Shown here piece by piece: positions 49,318 to 57,819 of a DNA stretch of 64,000 nt (its first letter is position 1; each line of letters starts with the position of its first letter). The notes under the pieces were generated by a model, which saw nothing but the letters and a program-made list of their open reading frames with translations, was not told where the DNA came from and did not search any database. The position numbers and the translations under genes are program-made. This DNA comes from a virus. The stretch spans positions 1 to 64,000 of IMG/VR virus record IMGVR_UViG_3300010354_000061. One strand, 5' to 3'.

Positions 49318-49605
49318 TTAGGGATACACCTTTTCAAGAAGAAGGCCAAGAACTTTGCGAGTGTCTTTATCGTTGGCGCCATAAATGCTAAATTGCTCCA
49401 TCAGCTGATCCATGAACGTTTTTAGCTGTTCTTTCGACATACCTTTGTTATAACCTTGATTGAAACGGCCATTCAAAAAAGAAGCGACCTTTTCAATCGT
49501 GTGACGAGGAAACGATTCAGTATACAAGTCCCACTGACTTGCTGATAGATTAACATTAACAAGCGTAGACATGCGTATGTTCTTTTCAATGCTGAAAATA
49601 TTCAT
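49318..49605 (-). CDS. hypothetical protein
   Basis: ORF in early operon. Confidence 0.55.
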   Translation of the reverse strand: MNIFSIEKNIRMSTLVNVNLSASQWDLYTESFPRHTIEKVASFLNGRFNQGYNKGMSKEQLKTFMDQLMEQFSIYGANDKDTRKVLGLLLEKVYP

Positions 49606-49608
49606 TAT

Positions 49609-49806
49609 TTAACCTTTTTTATTCCAAAGACGCAAAAATGCAACACCAGCATAAACAGCTCCAGCCGCAAAAGTAATCAAATCATACCAATAATGATACC
49701 ATTCATAAAATATCACATCAATAGCAACTTGGCAAAACGAATGTGTAAACACAGCAACTGCAAACCAATGTAACCACAACCACATAATTCTTTTATCCAT
49801 CAACAA
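49609..49806 (-). CDS. small 2-TM membrane protein
   Basis: hydrophobic Trp-rich ORF behind sigma70 promoter 49835-49863. Confidence 0.55.
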   Translation of the reverse strand: MLMDKRIMWLWLHWFAVAVFTHSFCQVAIDVIFYEWYHYWYDLITFAAGAVYAGVAFLRLWNKKG

Positions 49807-49867
49807 ATCTCCATAATTTTATCACAACATTTACATTGTACTAAATTAGAAGAAAAATGTCAACAAT

Positions 49868-49894
49868 AAAAAAAGGCCCCGAAGGGCCTTTTTT
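49868..49894. terminator. bidirectional intrinsic terminator
   Basis: A-tract-GGCCC-CGAA-GGGCC-T-tract. Confidence 0.85.
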
Positions 49895-49895
49895 G

Positions 49896-50096
49896 TTACT
49901 TCTTGGGTTCTTCTTTCTTTGGCTCTTTCTTAGGTTCCTCTTTTTTAGCAGGTTCCTTTTTTGGGGCATCTTTGGGAGCAGGAGCTTCTTTCTTTGGTTC
50001 AGCCTTTGGGGGCTCTACTTTCTTTGGTTCCTGGCCAAAAACTGGAGCGGTAAGACCCAAAGCTACAATACCAGCAACTAGCATATTCGACTTCAT
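49896..50096 (-). CDS. secreted low-complexity K/E/P peptide
   Basis: signal peptide MKSNMLVAGIVALGLTAPVFG then PKK-E repeats; AAGGAGA SD. Confidence 0.75.
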   Translation of the reverse strand: MKSNMLVAGIVALGLTAPVFGQEPKKVEPPKAEPKKEAPAPKDAPKKEPAKKEEPKKEPKKEEPKK

Positions 50097-50107
50097 ATTT
50101 TTCTCCT

Positions 50108-51094
50108 TTAACAGTTAGCTACAACTTCACTACCTTTGTCGTAAAATTGGAAATCATATATTTTACACTCAGTACCTTCTGTCACAGCACTCATAACGTC
50201 ACTACGCTTATCTTTCTTAACGTAAAAGATAAAAAACCCGCCACCACCGGCACCCAACAACTTACCACCCAAAGCACCGGCCTCGATAGCCTTGTTGTAA
50301 ACATTATCGAAGTAGTCGTTACTGATAGACTCCACGATTGTTTTCTTAGTTTGCCATCCCTCGTGAAACAAATGACCAATGTCATCAAACTGACCGTTCA
50401 AAATACTGTTGTAAGCTTGATATGCCTTATCTCTGTTGGCTCTTACTTTATCGAACTTACTCTTATCAATAAGTGAGTCGCGCTGCTTCTGAAGAATGCT
50501 GTTTGCTGATCTTCCTCGACCGCTATACACAAGAAGGAGATTTTGATTGAATTCAAACATCCGTTGGTCGTTGATATTAACAGCAGTGTTGGTTACTGAT
50601 CCGTCAGTATGAAACTCAAATAAATTCATACCACCAAAGGCAGCTGCATACTGATCCTGCTTGCCTATTGGATACCCACATCGATCTATTTCAATCTCAC
50701 AGGCAACATCAGCTAGATATTGTTTCGTAATGTGACCCCACCGAAGAGTTGCGAGAGCGTTTACAAGACCTACAGTAAACGTTGATGAAGAACCAAGACC
50801 TGACCCTTTAGAAAGAATGTCTGATATAGAGGCAACAGTAATTTCTTTCTTGTAGTTAAAGTATGTGAACGCTTCTTTAGAAATTTCATGCTGCATTGTT
50901 TCAACATCGGGTGTTTCCTCAATCTTGTCATACATTGCTTTGATGCCAAGATGGGGAGTTCGGTGAACACAAACATAAACAAACTTATCAATTGTAACAG
51001 ACAACGCTGCTCCCTTCTCTTTCTCATAGAAAGAGCTCATATCGCTGCCTCCACTAAAGAGGCTCATACGGAGAGGAGTTTTAGTGACTATCAT
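50108..51094 (-). CDS. hddA: D-glycero-alpha-D-manno-heptose 7-phosphate kinase (GHMP, HddA-like)
   Basis: KTPLRMS..SGGSD; GSGLGSSS; IGKQDQYAAAFGG; GALGGKLLGAGGGGF. Confidence 0.85.
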   Translation of the reverse strand: MIVTKTPLRMSLFSGGSDMSSFYEKEKGAALSVTIDKFVYVCVHRTPHLGIKAMYDKIEETPDVETMQHEISKEAFTYFNYKKEITVASISDILSKGSGLGSSSTFTVGLVNALATLRWGHITKQYLADVACEIEIDRCGYPIGKQDQYAAAFGGMNLFEFHTDGSVTNTAVNINDQRMFEFNQNLLLVYSGRGRSANSILQKQRDSLIDKSKFDKVRANRDKAYQAYNSILNGQFDDIGHLFHEGWQTKKTIVESISNDYFDNVYNKAIEAGALGGKLLGAGGGGFFIFYVKKDKRSDVMSAVTEGTECKIYDFQFYDKGSEVVANC

Positions 51095-51828
51095 AGTTTA
51101 ATGTTGAAACCCGACTTAACAGCATCATCATAGAACATCTTTACCGTTTCGTAGGAAAACTGAGTAAGATCTTTACCAAACGTGTTAAGTTTCTTGATTA
51201 GTTGGGGGGTCATTGTAATGATATCGCAGCCGCACAGTTCAGCTTGGATAAAGTTGAATGGTTCACGAGGGGAAGCCCACAATGTTTGAATGTTACCATT
51301 CACGAAGCTGACATGACCAAGAACAGCAACGGCGTGTCTTACAATACCAACAGGATCGACACCGGCATCGGCAATCCGTCCAGCAAAAATAGAAATGATT
51401 CCTTTTACGTTCGGATCAAGAGCTGCCGCAACGTTCTCAATTTGTTCTTTTGTAAAGACAGCTGTGACGTTACAATTTACACCAAGACGAGAAAGATCTT
51501 GAACCAAATCGTAAGTAGCAACTCGTTGTGTGTTCATTACAGGAATCTTAACATATACACGATACTTCTTCATTGCGCCCCACGACTGAATTTTTATTGC
51601 TTGCTGATGCATAACATCTAAGTCATCATCAAACACTTCAAGGCTTAAGCATGTTTCAGGTCGTGTGCTGGCTAGGTAGTCAATGCACTCATTAGCAAAC
51701 ACTTCATAATCAGTTACGCCAGCTTGGCGCATTAGAGTTGGATTAGTGGTGAAGCCAACGATTCGCGGATCATTTGCCGCTTGCTTGATCCCTTCCATGT
51801 CTGCACCATCTGCAAATAATTTAATCAT
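51091..51828 (-). CDS. transaldolase (short form)
   Basis: LFADGAD; GFTTNPTLM; SLEV; VYVKIP; CNVTAVF; SIFAGRIADAG; LWAS.RE. Confidence 0.85.
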   Translation of the reverse strand: MIKLFADGADMEGIKQAANDPRIVGFTTNPTLMRQAGVTDYEVFANECIDYLASTRPETCLSLEVFDDDLDVMHQQAIKIQSWGAMKKYRVYVKIPVMNTQRVATYDLVQDLSRLGVNCNVTAVFTKEQIENVAAALDPNVKGIISIFAGRIADAGVDPVGIVRHAVAVLGHVSFVNGNIQTLWASPREPFNFIQAELCGCDIITMTPQLIKKLNTFGKDLTQFSYETVKMFYDDAVKSGFNIKL

Positions 51829-52363
51829 AACTACACTCCTTTTGATTTATTATATAGCATGCCTCAAGTACATTGGCAACAACAAAATTAGGTTTTATTG
51901 ATTCAAACTCTTCTGGAGGTGTATATGGACCGTTGCTTACATAGAATGTTGTTAGCCCACTCCTATGACCGCACACTATATCTCGCCAGCTATCTCCAAT
52001 TAGAAAGCTCTCATTACGATTGATGTTATATTGCCTACACAGCTTGTCAACCATCCCCGTGTTTGGTTTATAGCAATCCGCTCCACGTTCCTTGCAATAC
52101 GTAATAGAATCAACACCCAACCGCTCATCGAGAATCTCATGCATTGTATCTAACGCTCGTTGAGTCATTAGATTATCATTAATGTCAGGCTGGTTTGTTA
52201 TGACGTGAGCTTGGAAACCCATTGCCTTGCAAAGCTTCACGGCTGCTCTTGCCTCTGAAATAATTTCAAACTCTTCAACAAGCCAAGCAGCCGTATAACG
52301 ATCGCCGTGCTTGACCATCTTTGCAAGCACACCATCACGATCAAAAAATATAGCTTTTACCAC
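51821..52363 (-). CDS. gmhB: heptose 1,7-bisphosphate phosphatase (HAD, GmhB-like)
   Basis: AIFFDRDGVL; ITNQPD; C..KP.TGM; SFLIGDSWRD. Confidence 0.85.
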   Translation of the reverse strand: MVKAIFFDRDGVLAKMVKHGDRYTAAWLVEEFEIISEARAAVKLCKAMGFQAHVITNQPDINDNLMTQRALDTMHEILDERLGVDSITYCKERGADCYKPNTGMVDKLCRQYNINRNESFLIGDSWRDIVCGHRSGLTTFYVSNGPYTPPEEFESIKPNFVVANVLEACYIINQKECSYD

Positions 52364-52941
52364 GTCGTCTTTTTAACTTGCAGCTTGGGATGGGAAACGA
52401 TACAGTGCCAAACAACTGCTTGGAATGCTTCGCTGTGAGGAGTAACTCGTTCTGGGAATAATTCAGGCACTACTACAACATTGTCGCCGTTCAGTGCAGT
52501 GTAACCAGATCCTTTTCCAACAACCCCACAGACAGTAGCATGGCACTGCTTTGCATATTTAATTGCGTTGATAAGGTTCATAGAGATCTTGCGCTCTTCA
52601 GAACCTCCACCTACAGAAAAGATAAGCAGGCAATCGCTGGCAGTGAGATTACTTGTACGAAGATATGCTTCGAAGATAGTTTCAAAGCCATCATCGTTTG
52701 TACGTGCTGTAAGTTCAGAAACGTTGTCCGTAGGAGCATATGCCTCTATACCACAGAGCTTACGAAAGTCATTAACAGCATGGGAGGCATTACCAGCTGA
52801 TCCTCCAACACCCAGAACGAACAGTCGTCCCTTTCGCGTGCGGACAAGGGCCAACGCATCGACAATACTTTCTATTTTTTCTTTGGAGATTGTTTTTGCA
52901 ATTTGTTCAACTTCAGTAAAAAATTGTTCGCTAAAGCTCAT
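52357..52941 (-). CDS. gmhA: phosphoheptose isomerase (SIS, GmhA-like)
   Basis: LGVGGSAGNASHAVNDF; ELTARTNDDG; FSVGGGS; TPHSEAFQAVVWH. Confidence 0.85.
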   Translation of the reverse strand: MSFSEQFFTEVEQIAKTISKEKIESIVDALALVRTRKGRLFVLGVGGSAGNASHAVNDFRKLCGIEAYAPTDNVSELTARTNDDGFETIFEAYLRTSNLTASDCLLIFSVGGGSEERKISMNLINAIKYAKQCHATVCGVVGKGSGYTALNGDNVVVVPELFPERVTPHSEAFQAVVWHCIVSHPKLQVKKTTW

Positions 52942-53015
52942 AATGACCTCACCATTTCATAAAGGAATGAGGGAGTCTATCTCACGACAGTCTCCCTCTG
53001 ACATGCGTGTGCGTG

Positions 53016-53023
53016 TATTTATA
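53016..53023 (-). promoter_or_regulatory. T4-type late promoter TATAAATA upstream of heptose operon
   Basis: exact TATAAATA in intergenic gap about 75 nt before gmhA ATG. Confidence 0.65.
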
Positions 53024-53072
53024 AAGCTGTCGCACCCCAGCTTACGTTGGAGCTTATTGCTCCAACTCATTC

Positions 53073-53840
53073 TTACTTAGTAAGACCAGCATCCCTACGA
53101 GCAAGATATACGTACGTGTAAGCATACGACTTACTAATTTTAAGGTCTTGCATCACAAGGGCGACGATATCGCTAGTCTTCTTATCCTTGTTGGCTTCAA
53201 AGATTGCATTAACACGCGAACGATTAGTCACACTCTTTTCCTTAGGAGCCTTAACACCAGTAATATTAACAACGTTAGTTTGATTCTGAACAGCAGCTTC
53301 CATTTTGACACCTCCATTAATAAAGTTTACTCGAAGATCGCGGTACACTTCCTTCCACAGCGCACCGTGCCCGCGATCGTCATCATCACCGTGCGCATAT
53401 TTTATACTAGAAAAAACTTTCGTAATTAACGACCACTGAACGCAGTGAGCCAATTCGTGAGCAACAAGAGCCCAAATACACTGCTCTCTTGGAGCACCGG
53501 CCGGTAAGTTACCAATTTCTCGATCATCTGCAAATTCACTATATTCACGAAAACAATCACTATTGTTCTCCAAAAAATAAATTCCTGCAAGCGACATCCA
53601 GGGTTTATATTCCCTGTCCTTCTTATAATACTTTACACCCCCATACGAACGGCGACGACGCTCGCTAAACGACATCGAAATATTGGGTGTCCAAGTATTG
53701 TCACCAATTTTCTGACGAATTGCTGGAACCATAGCATTACAAGCAGCCTGCACAGTCGACCGAACGATTTGTTTTTCGTTCTGAAGCCTGTTGAACGTCC
53801 TTGGCTTATATGCCTTCAACCACTTGTCAAGTAAATTCAT
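53073..53840 (-). CDS. SprT-like zinc metalloprotease with C-terminal HTH-like segment
   Basis: HELAH then HG..WK; C-terminal DIVALVMQDLKISKSYAYTY. Confidence 0.55.
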   Translation of the reverse strand: MNLLDKWLKAYKPRTFNRLQNEKQIVRSTVQAACNAMVPAIRQKIGDNTWTPNISMSFSERRRRSYGGVKYYKKDREYKPWMSLAGIYFLENNSDCFREYSEFADDREIGNLPAGAPREQCIWALVAHELAHCVQWSLITKVFSSIKYAHGDDDDRGHGALWKEVYRDLRVNFINGGVKMEAAVQNQTNVVNITGVKAPKEKSVTNRSRVNAIFEANKDKKTSDIVALVMQDLKISKSYAYTYVYLARRDAGLTK

Positions 53841-53883
53841 GATTCCTATTGTATATAAAGTCTCAAATTATGTCAACACATCC

Positions 53884-53967
53884 TGGTACCCGAGGCGGGA
53901 CTCGAACCCACAAGGCCAAAGCCGGCAGATTTTAAGTCTGCTGTGTATACCATTCCACCACTCGGGC
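53884..53967 (-). tRNA. tRNA-Leu (UAA)
   Basis: GCCCGAG..GGAATGGTATACAC-AGCAGA-CTTAAAA-TCTGC, long variable arm, GGTTCGAGTCC, CTCGGGT-ACCA. Confidence 0.95.
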
Positions 53968-54016
53968 ATTAGAAACATCTTACATCATTGACAAAAACAT
54001 GTCAACGAAAAGAAAG

Positions 54017-54024
54017 TATAAATA
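54017..54024 (+). promoter_or_regulatory. T4-type late promoter TATAAATA
   Basis: exact match ahead of the plus-strand pair 54056/54459. Confidence 0.75.
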
Positions 54025-54055
54025 ATCAGTCAATTTCCAAATTATAAGGCTACAA

Positions 54056-54475
54056 ATGTCGGATAAAATTAACAAATATGTTCAGTTTATTCAAAACGAG
54101 CAAAAAAGACTCAGTTATTCGACAATAACATCTCCTAAAGCCCTAAAAGAAGCAGTACCTGCGGCCGTGCCTCTTGCCTTGGGAGCTCTTGCTGGTGCGG
54201 CAACTTCTATACCTGCATACATTGCAGCTAAAAAAGTTGGAGCAGAGCTTGATAAAGCAAGAAAAGATGTTGAGATGGAAATGGAAAGACGAAAAAAATC
54301 TCAAAAACAAGATACAAGAGTGATGGGCAAACATGAAACAGAGAAATTGAAAGCAATGCTTGGTTATGAAAAGGATAAGCCTCCCTCCTACGATTATAAT
54401 TATGAACTTGCAGTGAAAAAAGCCGTTGAAAGTTCCAAAAAGCCCAAAGAGGATACAAATGACAAAGAAGATTGA
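54056..54475 (+). CDS. putative internal head/ejected protein A
   Basis: late promoter; N-terminus KI.KY..FIQNEQKRL..ST...LKE-A shared with next gene; hydrophobic segment. Confidence 0.6.
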   Translation: MSDKINKYVQFIQNEQKRLSYSTITSPKALKEAVPAAVPLALGALAGAATSIPAYIAAKKVGAELDKARKDVEMEMERRKKSQKQDTRVMGKHETEKLKAMLGYEKDKPPSYDYNYELAVKKAVESSKKPKEDTNDKED

Positions 54476-55394
54476 TCTTTACGCCAAATTTATTCAAAAC
54501 GAGCAAAAAAGGCTAAAAAATTCAACGGTCGTTGCTTCTCGGTATTTGAGCGAAGCTCAAACTACACCTGGAGCGGGAGCTCCAGGACCCACCTCAGGGG
54601 GCGGAGCTCGAAGTGGTATGGGAGGATTACCTCTCAAACCTCGCTATACTATTCGAGATGGGAAAATTGTTCCAAAAGAACCAACTGTATCTCCTTCTGC
54701 CTCTCCTACAAAACCTAAACCCGAATTGAAAATGGAACCGTTACAGGTTGGAAAAGCAGTAGTAGGAGCAGCCGGCTTGGTAGGCGGAGGGGCAGCAATT
54801 CTCAGTGGAACAGAAAAAAGAAAAGAAGCAGAAGCAGAGAGAGCCCCAAAGCAAGAAACACCAGTAGCAGAGCCGCCAAAAAAAGAACCTCCAAAAGCTG
54901 AAGTATCTCCAGAGCCTTCGAAGCCAGAAGCTGCAGCAGAAGCTCCAAAATCTAGCGAAGAAGATGAAGAAGCAGAAAAGTATGTTGCTCCTGTTGAGAG
55001 AAGATATCGCTCCATCAAGAAAGAATCTCTTGAACGTTTCATCAACGTGCAAAAGCCACGTGTTCCAAACAGCTCCAAGTTTCCAGATGTTTTTACAGAA
55101 CAAGAAGCTGTTAAGGCCCAACCTATTAAAGCAAAGCCTGTCTCTGATGAGGTAAAGGCAGAACCAGTTAAGTCTGGAACTGAACTTGATTCAGAGCTTG
55201 AAGATATGCCAGGAACTGATCCAAAGGAGCAAGGAGCTAAGTTTCAGCCCGTAACAAGAAGTCCCGAGTACATGGATTACTTAAGACAGAACCAGGAAAA
55301 AATTATAGCAGCCAAGCGTGCACGTGAAGAGGCTGGAGCATTCAAGTCCAAAATCCAAGCTTCAAGCACTTCAGCTGACGTAGATTCTCTTTAG
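54459..55394 (+). CDS. putative internal head/ejected protein B
   Basis: ATG at 54459 with AGAGGA SD; paralogous N-terminus ending LSE-A. Confidence 0.6.
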   Translation: MTKKIDLYAKFIQNEQKRLKNSTVVASRYLSEAQTTPGAGAPGPTSGGGARSGMGGLPLKPRYTIRDGKIVPKEPTVSPSASPTKPKPELKMEPLQVGKAVVGAAGLVGGGAAILSGTEKRKEAEAERAPKQETPVAEPPKKEPPKAEVSPEPSKPEAAAEAPKSSEEDEEAEKYVAPVERRYRSIKKESLERFINVQKPRVPNSSKFPDVFTEQEAVKAQPIKAKPVSDEVKAEPVKSGTELDSELEDMPGTDPKEQGAKFQPVTRSPEYMDYLRQNQEKIIAAKRAREEAGAFKSKIQASSTSADVDSL

Positions 55395-55547
55395 GATTTT
55401 ACAAACATTATCGGCAAGCCAAACGCGGGCACATACCCTTAACAAATCGTTTGGCTCGTTGTCTACAATGTGCAGCAACTTCTTGATCAAATCTGTATCA
55501 CAATTTTCATAACGAAGTTCAGAAATGAATTCTGGTGTTATTTCCAT
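55371..55547 (-). CDS. small hypothetical protein (58 aa) downstream of hammerhead
   Basis: AAGGAGAG SD, MEITPEFISELRYENC... Confidence 0.55.
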   Translation of the reverse strand: MEITPEFISELRYENCDTDLIKKLLHIVDNEPNDLLRVCARVWLADNVCKILKRIYVS

Positions 55548-55684
55548 TCTGCTCTCCTTAATAGGTGCCGGTTACGCACTTCCGGCGAACTCTAGGAATG
55601 CTACGCGCATTCACACCGACAGAGGTTTTGGTCACATACAGGGTTCGCTTCCGGAACTCCCCCAGTATGCCAAATCATGTTGTT

Positions 55685-55778
55685 CCGCGTTGACTAACCG
55701 CTTAGCCGGCCACTTAGTAGCAACCCAAAGCGCGGCGGTTAGTTTCGACCCCTTCCCGGGTCATCGTCAGAACGCTGG
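55685..55778 (-). ncRNA. type I hammerhead ribozyme
   Basis: GCGTT-CTGACGA-T-GACCC/GGGTC-GAAA-CTAACCGC...GCGGTTAG-TC-AACGC; GUC cleavage after 55692. Confidence 0.88.
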
Positions 55779-56201
55779 TTATTCGGCCTTTGTAAAAAAG
55801 GCTCTCATTAACTGCTCATCGGTCCAGCTTGAAATATAATCATTATCTTCCCTACAAATTTGAAGCGCTTCTTCTTTTGTAACAACACGGTGACTGAGGA
55901 TTGTTTCACCAAGATCTTTTTGACTAAACTCTTTCGCTTCTTGGTATGTTACATCATCAAGCGCCCATTCAGCTTTTCCTTTGGGAACTTCAACACAGTA
56001 CCGCATGCGATAGGTTTGAACACACTCAACAAGAACAAGTTCGGTTTCTTGTTCCTCTACCTTCGACAGTGAGTAAGAACCGTCGCCGTTGTCTTTCCAA
56101 CGAAGAGTGTCACCCGGTGACCATCCTACAGCTTGCATCTCTTCGTTGGAAAATTCAATAAACTGCTCGCCGTTTGGTAAGGCTTGAATTCGCTTCATCA
56201 T
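55779..56201 (-). CDS. hypothetical protein (AbrB-like N-terminus, tentative)
   Basis: GWSPGDTLRW.DNGDGSYSL motif; AAGGAG SD. Confidence 0.6.
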   Translation of the reverse strand: MMKRIQALPNGEQFIEFSNEEMQAVGWSPGDTLRWKDNGDGSYSLSKVEEQETELVLVECVQTYRMRYCVEVPKGKAEWALDDVTYQEAKEFSQKDLGETILSHRVVTKEEALQICREDNDYISSWTDEQLMRAFFTKAE

Positions 56202-56216
56202 AATATAAAGTACTCC

Positions 56217-56363
56217 TTATCGCTTGTCGGTCTGATCCAGTTCGTCTTTGACACCTGGACTAATCATATTAGGATCGGAAGGATTACGCTTCTTCGAATT
56301 CCACAGCTTGTATCCAACATAAACAAACAGTAGAATTCCTACGAAAATAAGAAGATTTTCCAT
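56217..56363 (-). CDS. small single-TM protein
   Basis: MENLLIFVGILLFVYVGYKLWNSKKR... Confidence 0.55.
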   Translation of the reverse strand: MENLLIFVGILLFVYVGYKLWNSKKRNPSDPNMISPGVKDELDQTDKR

Positions 56364-56413
56364 TATAGCCCTTTCTTGATAAGAGGGAACATCCCTCTAG
56401 CCAAGTATATAGG

Positions 56414-56677
56414 CTATACGCCGAGCCCCATTCCTGCCATAATAAAGTCCTGAGTTTTTTTCAAAACAACAGCTTTATTGTCCGTTGCGTGGATAGCAGC
56501 AATGATCTCATCCTTGCGTTTCTGTTTGCCACCACCTTGCTGAATCACGTCTTGGCAAATTCCACGAAATTCATTAATACCAGCTTTATCATACTGCTCG
56601 TACAGCATGGAGAGCGTGTTGTTGCCAAGCGTATCATTCTTAAGCCGCGGCTTGCTAGATTTCTGAGTTGCGAACAT
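56414..56677 (-). CDS. hypothetical protein
   Basis: ORF downstream of promoter 56722-56750. Confidence 0.55.
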   Translation of the reverse strand: MFATQKSSKPRLKNDTLGNNTLSMLYEQYDKAGINEFRGICQDVIQQGGGKQKRKDEIIAAIHATDNKAVVLKKTQDFIMAGMGLGV

Positions 56678-56833
56678 TAGTGCACCGTTTCCCGTTTGTC
56701 ATTATAAAGAAAGTTAATTGCATCATATACGAGATTGACGTCACAGTCAAGCGACAGTGCAATCTGTTCAGAATCCATTCCAGATTCAAACATTTCGGTG
56801 ATTTCCATCACAAGTTGTTTCATGTAGCTCATT

Positions 56834-57022
56834 TTAGTCCGTATAAACAGTCACTTCAACGGTACCGTCTGTATTGCGACGGACCCGGCCTCCGAATGGA
56901 GCCTTTCCCCAACCATCACATTCACGAATCAGATCATAGTCAGACTTGTTTGCATCGCTTTCTTCAAGCTTGATAGTGTATACATCCCTGTTGTATTGTG
57001 TTGAACTCTTAATAATTTTCAT
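56834..57022 (-). CDS. hypothetical protein
   Basis: ORF just downstream of promoter 57029-57057. Confidence 0.55.
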   Translation of the reverse strand: MKIIKSSTQYNRDVYTIKLEESDANKSDYDLIRECDGWGKAPFGGRVRRNTDGTVEVTVYTD

Positions 57023-57221
57023 AACGCAATTATCCTTCGTTTTGACATTAATGTCAACTATTTACTGATTACCCCCAGAACAGGTATTTGGCCGCAACAG
57101 CAATGAACATCAGATAGGCAACGATCTTAATCAAGCCCCAGATGCCATCCCATACAATTGACCACTCGTTGGTTGTCATAATGTCTCCACGATGTATGTG
57201 AGAGCCACAATCAGCAAGAAG

Positions 57222-57401
57222 TCAGCTGGCGTCATTTGCATGCCTTTCACTAAAAGTTTTCATCCATTCAACGACAAGCTCACGTGCTTCCATTTTTTTC
57301 ACGCCAAACGCTTCTTGAACATACGGCGTAGCACCAAACATGTTGACAATCCCAGATTCACGCAGATCGTCAAGAAACTGAAACACTTCTTCCTTATTCA
57401 T
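57222..57401 (-). CDS. small conserved phage protein
   Basis: FLDDLRESGIVNMFGA motif; GAGGAG SD. Confidence 0.6.
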   Translation of the reverse strand: MNKEEVFQFLDDLRESGIVNMFGATPYVQEAFGVKKMEARELVVEWMKTFSERHANDAS

Positions 57402-57750
57402 GATTGCTCCTCAAAGAACCTGCACCATTATCACCAGCCATTCCTACAGACCCACCAACACCACCGACACCTCCAACACCGATAGAAACAGATCCAATCG
57501 GACTGATATCCAACCACTCACCACATGGAGCTTCCGGATTGAAGTCGTTTCTCACCTTGTTAATACCATATTCCTCTACAACAAACGAATCCCAAGGCTG
57601 AATAACATAGTCCGGCTCACGCTGCGTCTGCCGAGCGCGGATAGTTTTTTCGGCGCGTAGCGCCGCTTCGCGCGTGGAAAAACACCCAATGATGTACTTT
57701 TGCATCGCTAACCTGTTCACTACACCATGCAGCACGTAAACTTTCTCCAT
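57394..57750 (-). CDS. hypothetical protein
   Basis: MEKVYVL...IGCFSTREAA..A motif typical of small early phage proteins. Confidence 0.6.
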   Translation of the reverse strand: MEKVYVLHGVVNRLAMQKYIIGCFSTREAALRAEKTIRARQTQREPDYVIQPWDSFVVEEYGINKVRNDFNPEAPCGEWLDISPIGSVSIGVGGVGGVGGSVGMAGDNGAGSLRSNHE

Positions 57751-57819
57751 CTCACACCCCCAAAAATCACCAAATGACGGTTATACAATACCAAAGAAAA
57801 GAAAAAATGACAACATCAA

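Noticed and set aside
53005-53045. preQ1-like riboswitch pseudoknot
   Set aside because: Ligand-binding loop consensus absent; the A-rich stretch is better explained as the late promoter
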